Assembly: GCA_021613535.1 (NCBI GenBank)
Contig: CP075494.1
Coordinates: 6,386,001-6,450,000 of the forward strand
Direction: 5' to 3'
Length of the DNA: 64,000 nt
Source: Adineta vaga
Lineage: Eukaryota > Animalia > Rotifera
Below are positions 1-12,017 of this stretch, piece after piece (position 1 is the stretch's first letter; each line of letters begins with the position of its first letter). A program made the position numbers and the translations under genes. Below the pieces are notes generated by a model that had not been told where the DNA came from, searched no databases, and was given only the letters and a program-made list of their open reading frames with translations.

Positions 1-335
1 GCCATTTTCATCATTTGTTTCTTCGCTATTTGTATTAACATCGAAGAGATAAGAGAGATCTTCATCATCATATATTGAGCGGCCAATACGTGGAAATTTT
101 GTTGTACGAATAAAACGATCATAAATTGAAGGAAGACTTAAATCCGATGGTTGATCAATAAGATTATTTCTTACTTCATTTGACTCAACAACATAAGCGC
201 ACTGGAAACAAAGAATATTTTCAGTCTATTAGAAACAGTGCTTCGAAATTTACTTACCGATGATTTCAAGAAGATTATCATGACAATATAGCAGCAAGAA
301 AGGATAATTGTTGATGATAACGATGGAATGAACAT
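1..335 (-). CDS. Neuropeptide precursor (PRXamide/FPRIamide-type), 3' end runs off the window
   Basis: Not in the ORF track. Exon 335-258 (MFIPSLSSTIILSCCYIVMIIFLKSS, signal-peptide-like), 56-nt GT-AG intron, exon 201-1 (CAYVVESNE...DRFIRTTKFPRIGRSIYDDEDL...). Amidation and cleavage signal FPRI-G-R with an acidic spacer. Confidence 0.75.
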
Positions 336-3300
336 GATGATTAATTTTTAAAAAAGATTAAGAATTAATTTTATGATTTTATCTGTAAAAAAAAGTTAAC
401 GAATAGACAATGTATGTGTATAGTAATTTCTGCTGGTCTTTATATACATAAATAACTTTAAGTAGTTATGGAAATAAGATTTTCATAAAGAACAGTCAAA
501 AGTGTAGGAGGCACGAGAAACAATAGTCATATTGATGATGAAAAGACGGCGAAGAGAATGGAATCTTTGTTTCAGTTCGAGCAAATCATAGAAAGAACTG
601 TCTTGCAAATCGGAAAGACAATCGATCGAGTGCAAAGGCATTGTTGCAGAGGTCGGAAACGTTAGGCGGACACATTTTTTCTTAATCAACTCAATTTTGA
701 GGAAGTTCTGCTTGATGAATTATTGCGACTCTTGCCATTAATAAACCATCCCACACGATTTTCTTCTAAAATAAACACCTACCGAGAAGCTATTTAAAAA
801 AGAAACACGTCATACGGAAGTCCTTTAAGCGAATGATTTTTTCAAATAAATATTCAAAGCGAAGAAAAACAGAAGAGAAGAATGTTATATTTATTACGGG
901 TGGTATTTATTGAACTTAAAAAGAAATATGACAACAAAAATACAATTAAATATTGAATTGTTGTATTAGTACAATTCAGTTGTCGTCATCATGATTTCTT
1001 CTGATGATCAATCGATCTACCACACAATTTGAATTCGTGTAATTGTTGATAATATAAATTCATTTCCTTCCGATTATATAGCCTACGGATGGTGTGATTT
1101 CATTTGAAATATAGTACTATTAATTATGTTATAAACAAATCAAATTATAGAATTAAAGGAATGTCAATTTCAATCTGATATAGTATCATAATTCTTCCAA
1201 TGAGTCTGAAGAAAGAGACATTTTTTGTATTTTAAGTACGCTTGGTCTCTAATTGAAATGATATTCTCATCACATATAATTCTCGTTTCAAAAACAAAGT
1301 GATCAAAACAACAAATCTATCAAGTCATTCATAGTTATTGTCATACTTCAAAAACGAATAACTAGTATAGATGTACGTCAGTCAATACTAACTAAAACGT
1401 TTGTCAACACTACATAAATTGTGTACCAAACTTGTTTATCATTTCTTCATGTGAACAAAACTATTTGCAATTTCTTGCTTGAATATCCATTATCATCTTT
1501 TCTTTCTATTAACCCACACATATAATTTGGGCATCAAAATTTCAAGATTCTTTTAATAGTATACGTCAAAGACAATCGTATAGACTATTTTCAAATCTAA
1601 TTCTTTTTCATAACAAAAAATGTAACTATAAATTAATGCTCACATTTATCTGTAAACAATCTCAGTGACAATGTAACATCAGTTTTGCTATGATGTTGGT
1701 TAAAAGTACGTCATCAACTGAGAAAGAAAATGTTAAGCTATCTGTAACTTTAACATGAAGAGCAAATTCTAAGAGAGTTACGTTATTATCTTCGTTTTAT
1801 CTACTCGTAAAAGAATCAATGAGAACTAAGTGTTTCTATTTCAATATGTTTGACAAACTGTTCGGTATGATAATTAATTTTGCAGAAGTACAACGAATAT
1901 ACAAATCAATCACGAAAATAATCAGTAATTGAAAACTATTCAACATAGTATTATTACACAAAAAATAATGGGAAATGTATGTAAGTTGTCAGTGTACCAT
2001 CCTTAAGACTTCGGCGTTTCGAATTTTCTGAATTTTGTCGATAACGAATAGTTGATGTTAATAATATGAATTACCGGGAAATAATTAATTGTTTCTTTGA
2101 CAGCAACTTTACTTCAAGAATTGTTTTCTCTTATAAAAAAAAACTATCCAGTTAAAACCGCACTACTTTCTCATGCCTCTAAAGTATAGGATTTTATAAT
2201 GTAAATCGGACAGCTATTGACTTAACTTTAAGGTGTTTCATTGCTCGTGAAAGTATACTTGATTTAGTTCAATATAATAAAGGTCAAAAGCTATGGCAAT
2301 GTTTATTTCAACCTCAATCTATTTGATATCGTGCATTCGACTGGTTTATATGAGCCAGTGGTAGAGAAAACAAGGATTCGAGCTGCCTGATATGATACGA
2401 TTTGAAACATTTCCGATAACTTATATTGACTTCACTAATAGAAGATATCAAATCTTCGAGTCATTAGCTGTAAAATTAAAGCGCAGAAGTTAAGTGATCA
2501 TACATTGTCGTATACTAACGAGGTGCATGTCTTGCTTGATATTCTCTCTTCGCAAGACTATAATTTTGAAAGTAATCTTTTCAAGTATGTCACGTTTATT
2601 GATGAGAAAGAGTTCGGTAACTATAGCGATCAATTCAAGTACACAATTGAGTGAAATATATTACTTAAATTTACAAGTATCTAAAAGAATCAGGAGAATC
2701 GCTGAATACAAATCATATTGTTGATCACAATGTATTTGTAAATCTCAATTTCTTCGATGAATACGCTTTTTACAATAAAGATAATTGATGAATCGTTCTT
2801 GTTGTCTTGCGTGCTTATGACAAAAGAATCTTGTTGATTATGCAATTTAGATTGTTGAAGACATGCAGTTTTGATCGACGATGATTATGAGAATAAGAAG
2901 ATGTCTAGAGTATCTGATTAATTCAATGTCGTTTTTCAAATTGACGTTTGTCGTTTTTTTTTAGAAATAAAAATCATTGTTCTTCGATTTATCAACTATC
3001 ACAAAAGTAGAGATTCTTCGGACGCCATATTCTCTTGTTCATTTTTATCCATTAGGTTAGTATATTTTCAGCTGAAATCTTTCTTTTTCCATAAGATAAT
3101 CAATATCATACACCTGCTGTCATTAGAAATGTCAATAAAAATAATTATTTCTTGTTGTGGCCTGATTTTATCTGTATATTGTTTCGGACATAGATATTTA
3201 AGATATTATAGTGTACAAGAAATCATATTTTGGAAGCCAAACCTACACCCATACCAAGTGTTCAGAGTTTTCAACAAGATTATCATAAAGCTCATAGCAA

Positions 3301-3744
3301 GAAGGACGTTATCATTGCTTGCACTTCTATTCAAACGGGAACTTAGTCATAATTTGATGACGAGTGGCTGCTATATACAGATTTAGAACTCCCTGGAGAA
3401 AGCATGTATGGCTTCCATGATAGAAGTAAGCGATATCTACTAACCCTTATAATGATTAATAATAATTTGTTAATTGAAATAATCTATTTTATAGATATAT
3501 TTCGTTGATTTATATTAAAAAATAATTATCTATTAGAACTATTAGCGACAGATGGATTCCATGTAAATTCTATTGGCTAATCTTTTTCAAACCAATGAAT
3601 AAAATCCGTTTTCTATATTACGCTATTTGTTTATTTCAATGGGGTTTATATTTTAGTATCCGATCTATAATATAAATTATGAATATTTCTGATAGTTATA
3701 ATTAATTTTTAGAGGAAAATTTTATCTTAAAGCATCACCTATGA

Positions 3745-3878
3745 TCACCTTGTACTGTCATTCATTTCAGTTATTCGAAGGTCGTTTTCTTTTGTCAAGG
3801 TCTTTTGCCTTTACCATTGTCGATCTTTTTTTCGTATATGTGCCTATATACATATATGTATTCAACCGACCTTGACAA
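3745..3878. promoter_or_regulatory. Cluster of NR5A/FTZ-F1-like binding sites upstream of the NR5A gene
   Basis: TCGAAGGTCG (3775), TCAAGGTCT (3795) and CGACCTTGA (3867; reverse complement TCAAGGTCG, which matches YCAAGGYCR). The last two form an 11-bp inverted repeat TTGTCAAGGTC/GACCTTGACAA. Confidence 0.4.
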
Positions 3879-4104
3879 TTAATTTTTTTTCATCATTTTA
3901 GATCATTTTCTATGATCTTCTAGAACGTATCGGTGAGTGATACACATTATGATTGAAAACAATCGACTTTCTTATCTTCAAATGCTATCTTAATATTACA
4001 CATATGTGTAAGTGAAAAATTGTATATAGTAAAGACAAATGAAGATGTTTTGTTCTTATAGAAAATAGTTTTCTTTTAATATTTGCAATGTTATTGTGGA
4101 CAAA

Positions 4105-7100
4105 ATGAATGAATATGAAATTTTACGAAAAAATTCAATACAAAAAACTTATTCACCCGATTCAAATAATGATTTTGATGAAACAATCGATGATCGAAAT
4201 AGTTCAATGATGCTTGATAATAATAATGTTATAATGAAAACACCTCAATCTCTTGATGATCTTCTCGATGTTGATGATAATAACAATCAAAATGAGGAAG
4301 ATAAAGAAGAGAATGAATATGATAATCAGAACAATGATGACGATGATGAAGAAGATGATGATGATGATGATAACGACAATGATTCAACACATTTAAGCAT
4401 TGATCAGCTAAATCCAACACAACAAACAAAACAAAAGAAATCTATCGAGAAAAACGGTAAGATTTAATAGCTCGTTAAGTAATGAGTATGTGCGATTATG
4501 TAAACTCTATGAATGGAGATCATCTTTACGATGCTCAATGCCAACATAGACTCATTATTGTCTGTTCTTCTATATCTTTCTAAACATGTGGGCGTGTTAG
4601 ATAAGTTTTGTATCGATTAATCTCTTCCTCTTCATTGACCAATGACTGCACAATGTCTGTCTTATACATTTTCACTCAACTAGTTTTATTGAGTATGTCT
4701 GACCATATAGTTATAATGCCCTTCATATATAAGGTTATGCACATTACGATCGAACAATCGTCTAGTCACTAGACGATCTAGTGCCTGACCGATCACATTT
4801 ACATCAAGATTTTTTTGTCTTTCTATCACATTGACGACAGACGATGTTGCCTCGTTGATGGTCAGTCAGACGATGAAAAAAAAGGACAAATAAAATGACC
4901 TAGATCTACATAGACATATTCGGTCATTGTCCTTACAAAAGAAGAATTTCTTTGTACAAGCATGCATTGTTTCATCATCATATCAATCTAGATCATTTAT
5001 TGATTGCAATAGAATCAATTCAGTTTCTTTTTCTGTACGTAATCTTTGTATATACATATGAAGCAAAACGAGAAAGAGCGTACTTGCACCCGCAAAAGAG
5101 GGGGAGAGAGAGGAACAGAGTAAAAAAGAAATAAATAATGTAAAACGTTGATTTGTTCAGAAGCAAATAGTAGCAGAAGGCAAGGCATCGATGTAACTAT
5201 CACATCATTGCACATATATGTATGTATACATATACATATATATATATATATACCGCCAAAAAAAGAAAATAGCTCTCTTTCTTTCTTCTGAGCGAGCTAT
5301 AATTGCTTTTTTAACGGTGACGTTGATGCAAAGTGTGCGAGCGCTCTTACTAGCTTGCATATGTGCAGGCAGCTCATCTTTTTCTTCTTTCCGACAACGT
5401 CGTCGTTTTATGGTGAACATATACATATATATGTACGTGTACATACATGAAGAAAGGGATAGAATGTAAAAGAAGAAGAAGAAGAAGAAGAAAAAAAGAA
5501 AGAAATAAAATAAGGCGGCGAAACAATGGTTGTAGTTGGACGCATTGCGTTCTTTCGCTCTTTTTTCTCTCATATGCACTGCTGTAACTGCTGCAATATG
5601 TACATGGTCATCGGTTCATGGGCGTCATTGCGCGCGTACACACACACACATACATGCAAAAAAAAGAAGAAAGAAAGAAAAGAGAAAAAAAGAGAGAAAA
5701 AAGATGGTTGATAGTGGTAGTGCGGCGATGGTGTAAAGAAGAAAGAAAAAAAAAAGAATAGCGAAATCGTTCGCGCAACGCTCTCTACTACTGACAACGT
5801 CGACTACCATCATAACCGGCACACGTACGTTTACTACAATACATATGCTGCGTTGGTGTCGTTGGACGAGTAGAATCAGCAATACACTATCTCGGAGGAA
5901 AAATTGGATGCGCTGAGCATAGCGCACAAATGTTACGCAGCATTTATCCTTCGACAACGACCACTAACTGAGTACGAGAAAATTGAGAACGAGAGAGTAG
6001 TACAAAACTCCAATACACGCTGATTTTTAACCATTACACATTTGACCCCGATAACAAGAACCAAAAATCACTGCCTCACAGTTCGCACCCCGGATGGGTA
6101 AGTTGTTCAAATTTATCTTTATCTATGTATTCATTCGATTCGATTTTAAGTTTTTCATTCTGACCCAGTTTCTTTCTTTTTTTTCCTTTTGAAAATCTTG
6201 TCATTAAGCTAAAAAAAACGATGTCAGATTTCTTTCTTCATCTTATCATTATCATTATCATCATCGCCATCATCATCAGGTGTTCACATACACACTTGTC
6301 TTATGACTGCTGATGAGCATAATGTCCTTGTGATCACATTCTCGTTTAAGCGACTCAATGTCCTTGTCATTAGCCGTACTAGAGTCCGGACCGAGACTTG
6401 ACTCGACTTGTTCAAACGCAAAAATGGTTAATGAATGTGAGTATGTGCCTGTGTGCGACACATACATAAACCGAGAGAAGTGCACGAATGCTTTGTTTGT
6501 CCAAACGATTAACGATGTTGCGCAAGGCCAACATGCACAATTCGCTCGAATTTCAATCGTCATCATCATCATCATCATCAAATGACTGTTGGGATGAGGG
6601 TGGAGAAAAGGGGATGTTCATCGTGTACACGTTCGTGTTACGTCTTTACGACGTACAAAGAAAAGGAGAGAGAGAGAGAGAGAGAGAGAGGAAAAGAAAG
6701 CAGAAGCGTTTGTATACGAACGTAAAGCACAGAAATAGTAACGATGTTGCGTCTTTCTGTGTTCCCCACGCCCCTTCTCATCATCATCGACTTGTAGGAG
6801 TACGAGGATGTGTTGGGAAGTAGTTGTAGTTATTGTAGTAATAATAGTGATGGTAGTAGCGGGTGCACAGAACAAGAAGAAAAAAGGTCAAAGAAAAACG
6901 CGCGTTGAAAGCGGCTACGTCCAGCTTCGACGTGCGTGTGAACTCTCATGTCGCCGCCATTACCGTTGTTATATTTATAACAAAAGCATTCTTTTCTTTT
7001 TTTTTCTTTTTCTTCTTCTTCGTCGTTCTTTCTTACTTATTCCTGTTTCGTACCAATTTCCATTCATTCATTCATATGTGCACACAGCTGTTGACTTTAG

Positions 7101-9982
7101 TGGTTTACGCAATTTTTAACTGATGTTTAATTATTCTACCTCATCTATCTTTGATTTGTATGTATATGTGTAGCAAAAGTAATAATTTATTATTTAATGA
7201 ACTAATTTTTGTTATAAACAGAACAAAAAAAAGAAATCTTCAATAATGATATACAAAAGTACTTCTCTACGTGTGTGTATGTGTGTGTGTGTATGCATAT
7301 TAATAGTAAAGAGAAAAAATGTAAATTTTATTTGCATAAAAACAAACCGTTTAATGTGATCATTATAGGTCCAGGTGTCCTGGACGTTCCATCACCGGAC
7401 GTTGGGCTCGATGTAAAATTTGGTTTCAATGATCTATGTCCTGTATGTGGTGATAAAGTCAGTGGATTTCATTATGGTCTATTGACTTGTGAATCATGCA
7501 AAGGTAAGAATAAACAATGAAAAGAATCTCTTTTCACTCTAGCTAATAATAACATTTTTCATTAGGATTCTTTAAACGAACAGTACAAAATAAGAAGAAC
7601 TATCAATGTATTGACAAACAACAATGTCAAATCGATAAAACTCAACGTAAACGTTGTGCATTTTGTCGATTTAAAAAATGTTTACAAGTGGGGATGAAGT
7701 TAGAAGCTGTTCGAGAAAATCGTGTACGAGGTGGACGAAATAAATTTGGTCCATTATATCGTCGAAGTCGAGCATTACGTCAACAAATCATGCGACAACA
7801 TTTTGTCAGTATGGTAAAAGCTCAACAAAACATGATTCCGAATGGTAATGGAATGGATAATGGACAAGGATCATTAGATATAAGTGGAAATGGTATGCAA
7901 GTAAAATCTGAACCTGAACAACCAAATCTTCATCCATTTCAACATATGTATTCAAATCTACAAGCTACAACTAATATCAATCATCCATCACATTCACATC
8001 ATCCAAATACTCATCCATCACATCATCAACATCATTATCAACAACAAAAATCATCGACATTTTCTGGTGTTTATCCAGATTTTTTCAATCCAAATTCAGC
8101 AATTACGAATAATACACGTTTACAACAACCATTTCAATTGAATCCATTTGATTCATATTATAAAAATTCTTCAGCATCATCAACAGCATATGGTCATTCC
8201 CCTCCTTCCTTACTTTTACCATCCAATAGCAACAGTAATCCAGCCTCAGGTTCATCCAATTCAAGTTCATCACCTGTCGGTCAAATCTCATCGAAATTAC
8301 TTGACTATCAAATCTCATCACCATCAACAACTGGCACAACGACAACTGTCAGTACAGCTAATTCAACATCACATACATCTTCAATTCTAAGTACATTAAC
8401 TATGCAACAACAATCAATGACCACCAATGATTCAATGCATACAGATACCAATAATGGCATATCATCAATCTATTTTTATAATAATCAATATTTAGCACCG
8501 AGTTATGATATTAATGATACAAATAATATCCCTGAAACATTAACGAAATTAATTGAATCAGATCAAGCTTATCGAGTAAGAACTATAATAAACACTGAGA
8601 CACAGAGAGAGAAACCATATACTAAAACTTTTCTTTGTACTTTTTTCTTGTAGTGTACGGAAGTACGTTATATTGAAGATATTCAACAGATTCATATTGA
8701 TTTAAATCGTGACGATGGTGATATACTAGTGGTCTGTTCATTATTAGACAAACTATGTTTTCTAATGGTTGATTGGGTATGTTAAAACAATGAAAAACTG
8801 TTCATATATATATATATTGATGTTTTTTTTCTTTTTCTAGGCTCGACAATCATTATATTTCAAAGATATTCAGGTAGATTAAATTATGAAATGTACATCT
8901 GTATCATTTATTTTTCTTTCAAGATTGATAATCAGATAAAATTATTAAAAGCAGCATGGATTGAAATCTTAATTATTGATCTTATTTGGAAACAATGTCA
9001 ACAACCAAAAGAAACATGTGTAAATTGTATCGTTAGTGTATGTAGAATATTCTCTTTTGTCTTCTTTTCTTGATAATAATTTTGATTCAATTGAATAGGC
9101 TAATGGACAATTATTAAATATCAATTTAATTCAAAATCCTGCTGTTAAAAAACTAGCGGAAAGATATCTGCAATGTGTTAATGATTTTCGTCAACTACAG
9201 TGGCAAGTATGTAACATTTTTCTTTTCTTTTCTTATACTTCGTTGAAATCTATCGGTCGATATACATTTATATATTTTAGTATCCAGAATATCTTGCACT
9301 CAAATATCTTGTTCTATTCGATCCAGGTAAAAATTTTCATTTGAATTTTTTCATGCGTCACCTTTGAACACGAGCGTACCTTTTGTCAATAAAAGTAACT
9401 TTTAGGTTACATCTGATGATATGATAGATAATTGAAGGACTAAGGCGTACACCGTTTCTTTTTTTAGTCAGGGTCTTCATATTAATTAGTTCAGGTTATT
9501 TGATGCTTGTCAGTTTCATTACTTGCAAAAATCAAAAAGTCACTATGTGTGAAATCTCGATACGATCAATAAAAAGGCGTACAAAGTCGATGGAAATCTT
9601 TTGAAGAAAAAAAAACTTATTTTGTTTGGTAGATAATACAATTAATTCGATTCTATTTTTCTCGTTAGATGTTCAAGGTGTAACGGAATCAAGTTTAATT
9701 GAAGAAGTTCAAGAGAAAATAACAAATGCATTAGGTGAATACACGACCGATCATAATAATCCATCAACATCAAATTCAACAAATCGCTCTCCATCACAAC
9801 AACAAGCACCAACAAATGAACAAGAAAAGTTCGCTTGTATTCTCTTAAAATTGCCCGATGTACGTTTGATTGGCAATGATTTAAAGAAATTCTTACAATT
9901 AATTGATCGTAAACATAATGGCAAACTTCTTGATGGTTGTCTACTTGGCGAAATGCTCAATGGTTTACAATCGAATAATTAA
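4105..9982 (+). CDS. ftz-f1: Nuclear receptor FTZ-F1 / NR5A (multi-exon)
   Basis: [37 protein letters not shown]...[42 protein letters not shown] (P-box ESCKG plus FTZ-F1 box). LBD with [34 protein letters not shown] and AF-2 LLGEML. Acidic exon 4105-4456 splices in phase 1 to 7369. Confidence 0.93.
5215..7295. repeat. Microsatellite-rich intronic zone: (TA)n, (GAA)n, (CA)n, (TCA)n, (GA)n, (GT)n
   Basis: Examples: TA run near 5236-5252, GAA run near 5470-5490, CA near 5638, TCA near 6245-6277 and 6560-6580, GA near 6666-6689, GT near 7271-7292. Confidence 0.8.
6094..6097 (+). other. Coding end of a putative alternative first exon of FTZ-F1 (ATG-G|GTAAGT)
   Basis: ATG at 6094, then G and a perfect GTAAGT donor at 6098. 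Phase 1 is compatible with the 7369 acceptor and gives MGPGVLDV... Confidence 0.5.
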
Positions 9983-10862
9983 AATTCTATATTACTTAAT
10001 CATTACACACGTGTGTGTTTTCTTCTTCTACGTTTTCTTTCTTTTATCACTCAGGTCCAAAATTTCTTCTCTAATTCTCTTTATTCATTCATTTTTGTTT
10101 AGAGAGATATTTGTACAGTCTTTTTATTTGTTGTTTCAAACATCAATTCTTTCCTTCTTTTTCCTCAGTCACTTGAAAATAACAGTGTGCGAAAGCAAAT
10201 AGGTATAATAACTATATTGAGAGAAAAACAGTGACATATATTGCTATCTCCTTGCATCCTTTGTTTTAATCAGAGAGTTGTACCATTTTCCTCTCTTTTT
10301 TCTTTCTCTTTCTCTTTTTCTTCTTTTATTGCCTTTCGTTTTTTTTGCTGCTACTTTGCATTATTCTTTTAAAATTTTACTAGTTGTTTGCTTCGTTTTC
10401 TTTTTTTCGTTTTTTTTTCTGACCGACTAATTGATCGACGACTCTATAAAACAGGCAGATGTTTGGCGAAATTCACGATATTTGTTGTGTTTTTTTTTTC
10501 TTTTTCGATAAAAGAAATAAGGAGTTACATATTTAATATATATACATACCTATAAATATTGATTATCGCCTATGCAGTGCGTGTGTGTGTGTGTTTATGG
10601 ACAACCAGGTCGCCTCTGTTTCTCTTTCTCTTGCTTTCTCAGGGATAAACAAGTAAAATTATCATCTGTCCGTTATTCGTTTTTCGAATACGATCTCGAA
10701 TCAATGAGAGCCTGGTCTGATGTTATTCATTTATTAAACTTATTCTTGTGAACACCACGTGTATTGTCACTACTTGTGTGTGTATACAAAATATTTTTCT
10801 GTGTGTGCGCGTTTGTTTTTCTTTTGAAAGAATAAAAAAAAAAGAAACATATATGATGAAAA

Positions 10863-12017
10863 TTATAAACATATGTCCGGTTTGAGTTTTTCAATGCATA
10901 GAAGTGTAACATCATTCTAAAATGTAGATGAATTCAAAGTGTATCTGTAATAATTTCTTTTTAATCTTTGTAAACATATGTACTTAGAATTGAATACTCG
11001 ATCTGACAACAATTTCCTAGAGATTTATTCAACGTGTGACAAATAGATTTTTTTTATCTTATTTCCTCATTAGTTCATTAACAAACCTGTAAACAATATT
11101 GCACGAAATCTTCTTTATGTACGAGACCATTCCTATGAATATCCCATTTCTAAAATGAACCAGACATTAATGAATAATAAGAAAACTATTAAACAAACAT
11201 GAAATAATTGATTCGTTCGTTCTTCAATCGCATTTGTCAGCGGTGCATAATTAAGTTTACAAACTGGAGCAATAAGTTGGAATACTGCTGCAACTAATTG
11301 AAGTAATTCCTAATCAAATAAGAAGATTTGTTTTTCTTTTGAAAAAGAAAAAGAATTTGATTTTATACAAACCACTCGAGTTATTTTACCATCTTTATTT
11401 AAATCATAGAGATCAAATATCCAGCCTAGACGTTCTTCAATAGATCCATGCATTAATATAGAAAAGACTGTAATTAAATCTTCAAATTGAATCATTCCCG
11501 TATTTGATCGATCGATATTTCGAAAGAGAAATATTGAATAACGATAACATTCTTAAATAATAAGAAAAATCTGTTTATATTTTTAATGAACAGAGGAAGA
11601 AGAAAACAGACCACCAGTTGGAAATAATGTCGCAAAGATTGAAGCAAAATGTTCTTTACTAACTTGACCGGATGGACTATCCTAAAGATAGATGGAAAAA
11701 AAACCTTCGAATTAATTGAGAAAATGTGTAAATTTACTTGTTTAAACGTTCGATAAAGATGACGAATTTGTTCTTTGGAAAATTTTGTTTTTTTCATTAA
11801 TTCTGCAATCGAACAAGTCGGTCTTGAAATGGGTGAAGTAGCTGTAGCATTTTCTAAATATAAATGACAATCTCAATTCTAACTGATATTTTTGATTATT
11901 AAAAAAATAAATCAAAGACTTTCTTCTTCTTTTACTTGGTGTTGCTTTCTTAAAACTTATATTCAGTCGGCGTGTTTTATTCAATACTTGAATTGATGTT
12001 TCAACGGCTTGCCACAT
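10863..12017 (-). CDS. Kv channel-interacting protein / neuronal calcium sensor (KChIP-like EF-hand protein)
   Basis: Spliced: LMKKTKFSKEQIRHLYRTFKQ-DSPSGQV...LFRNIDRSNTGMIQFEDL...GSIEERLGWIFDLYDLNKDGKITR...KWDIHRNGLVHKEDFVQYCLQ-NDVTLLCIEKLKPDICL*. Non-myristoylated N-terminal extension as in KChIPs. Confidence 0.88.

Noticed and set aside
2351-2390. tRNA/SINE-like A-box (GCCAGTGGTAGAG) and B-box-like GGATTCGAG
   Set aside because: Spacing is far too short and no cloverleaf stems form.
4096-4467. Acidic 123-aa ORF as an independent gene
   Set aside because: It ends at a phase-compatible GTAAGA donor and is better explained as FTZ-F1 exon 1.
4950-7270. Many overlapping 60-125 aa ORFs in the ORF track
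   Set aside because: These are translations of microsatellites (poly-F, YI, ER, K runs) inside the FTZ-F1 intron, with no protein-like composition.
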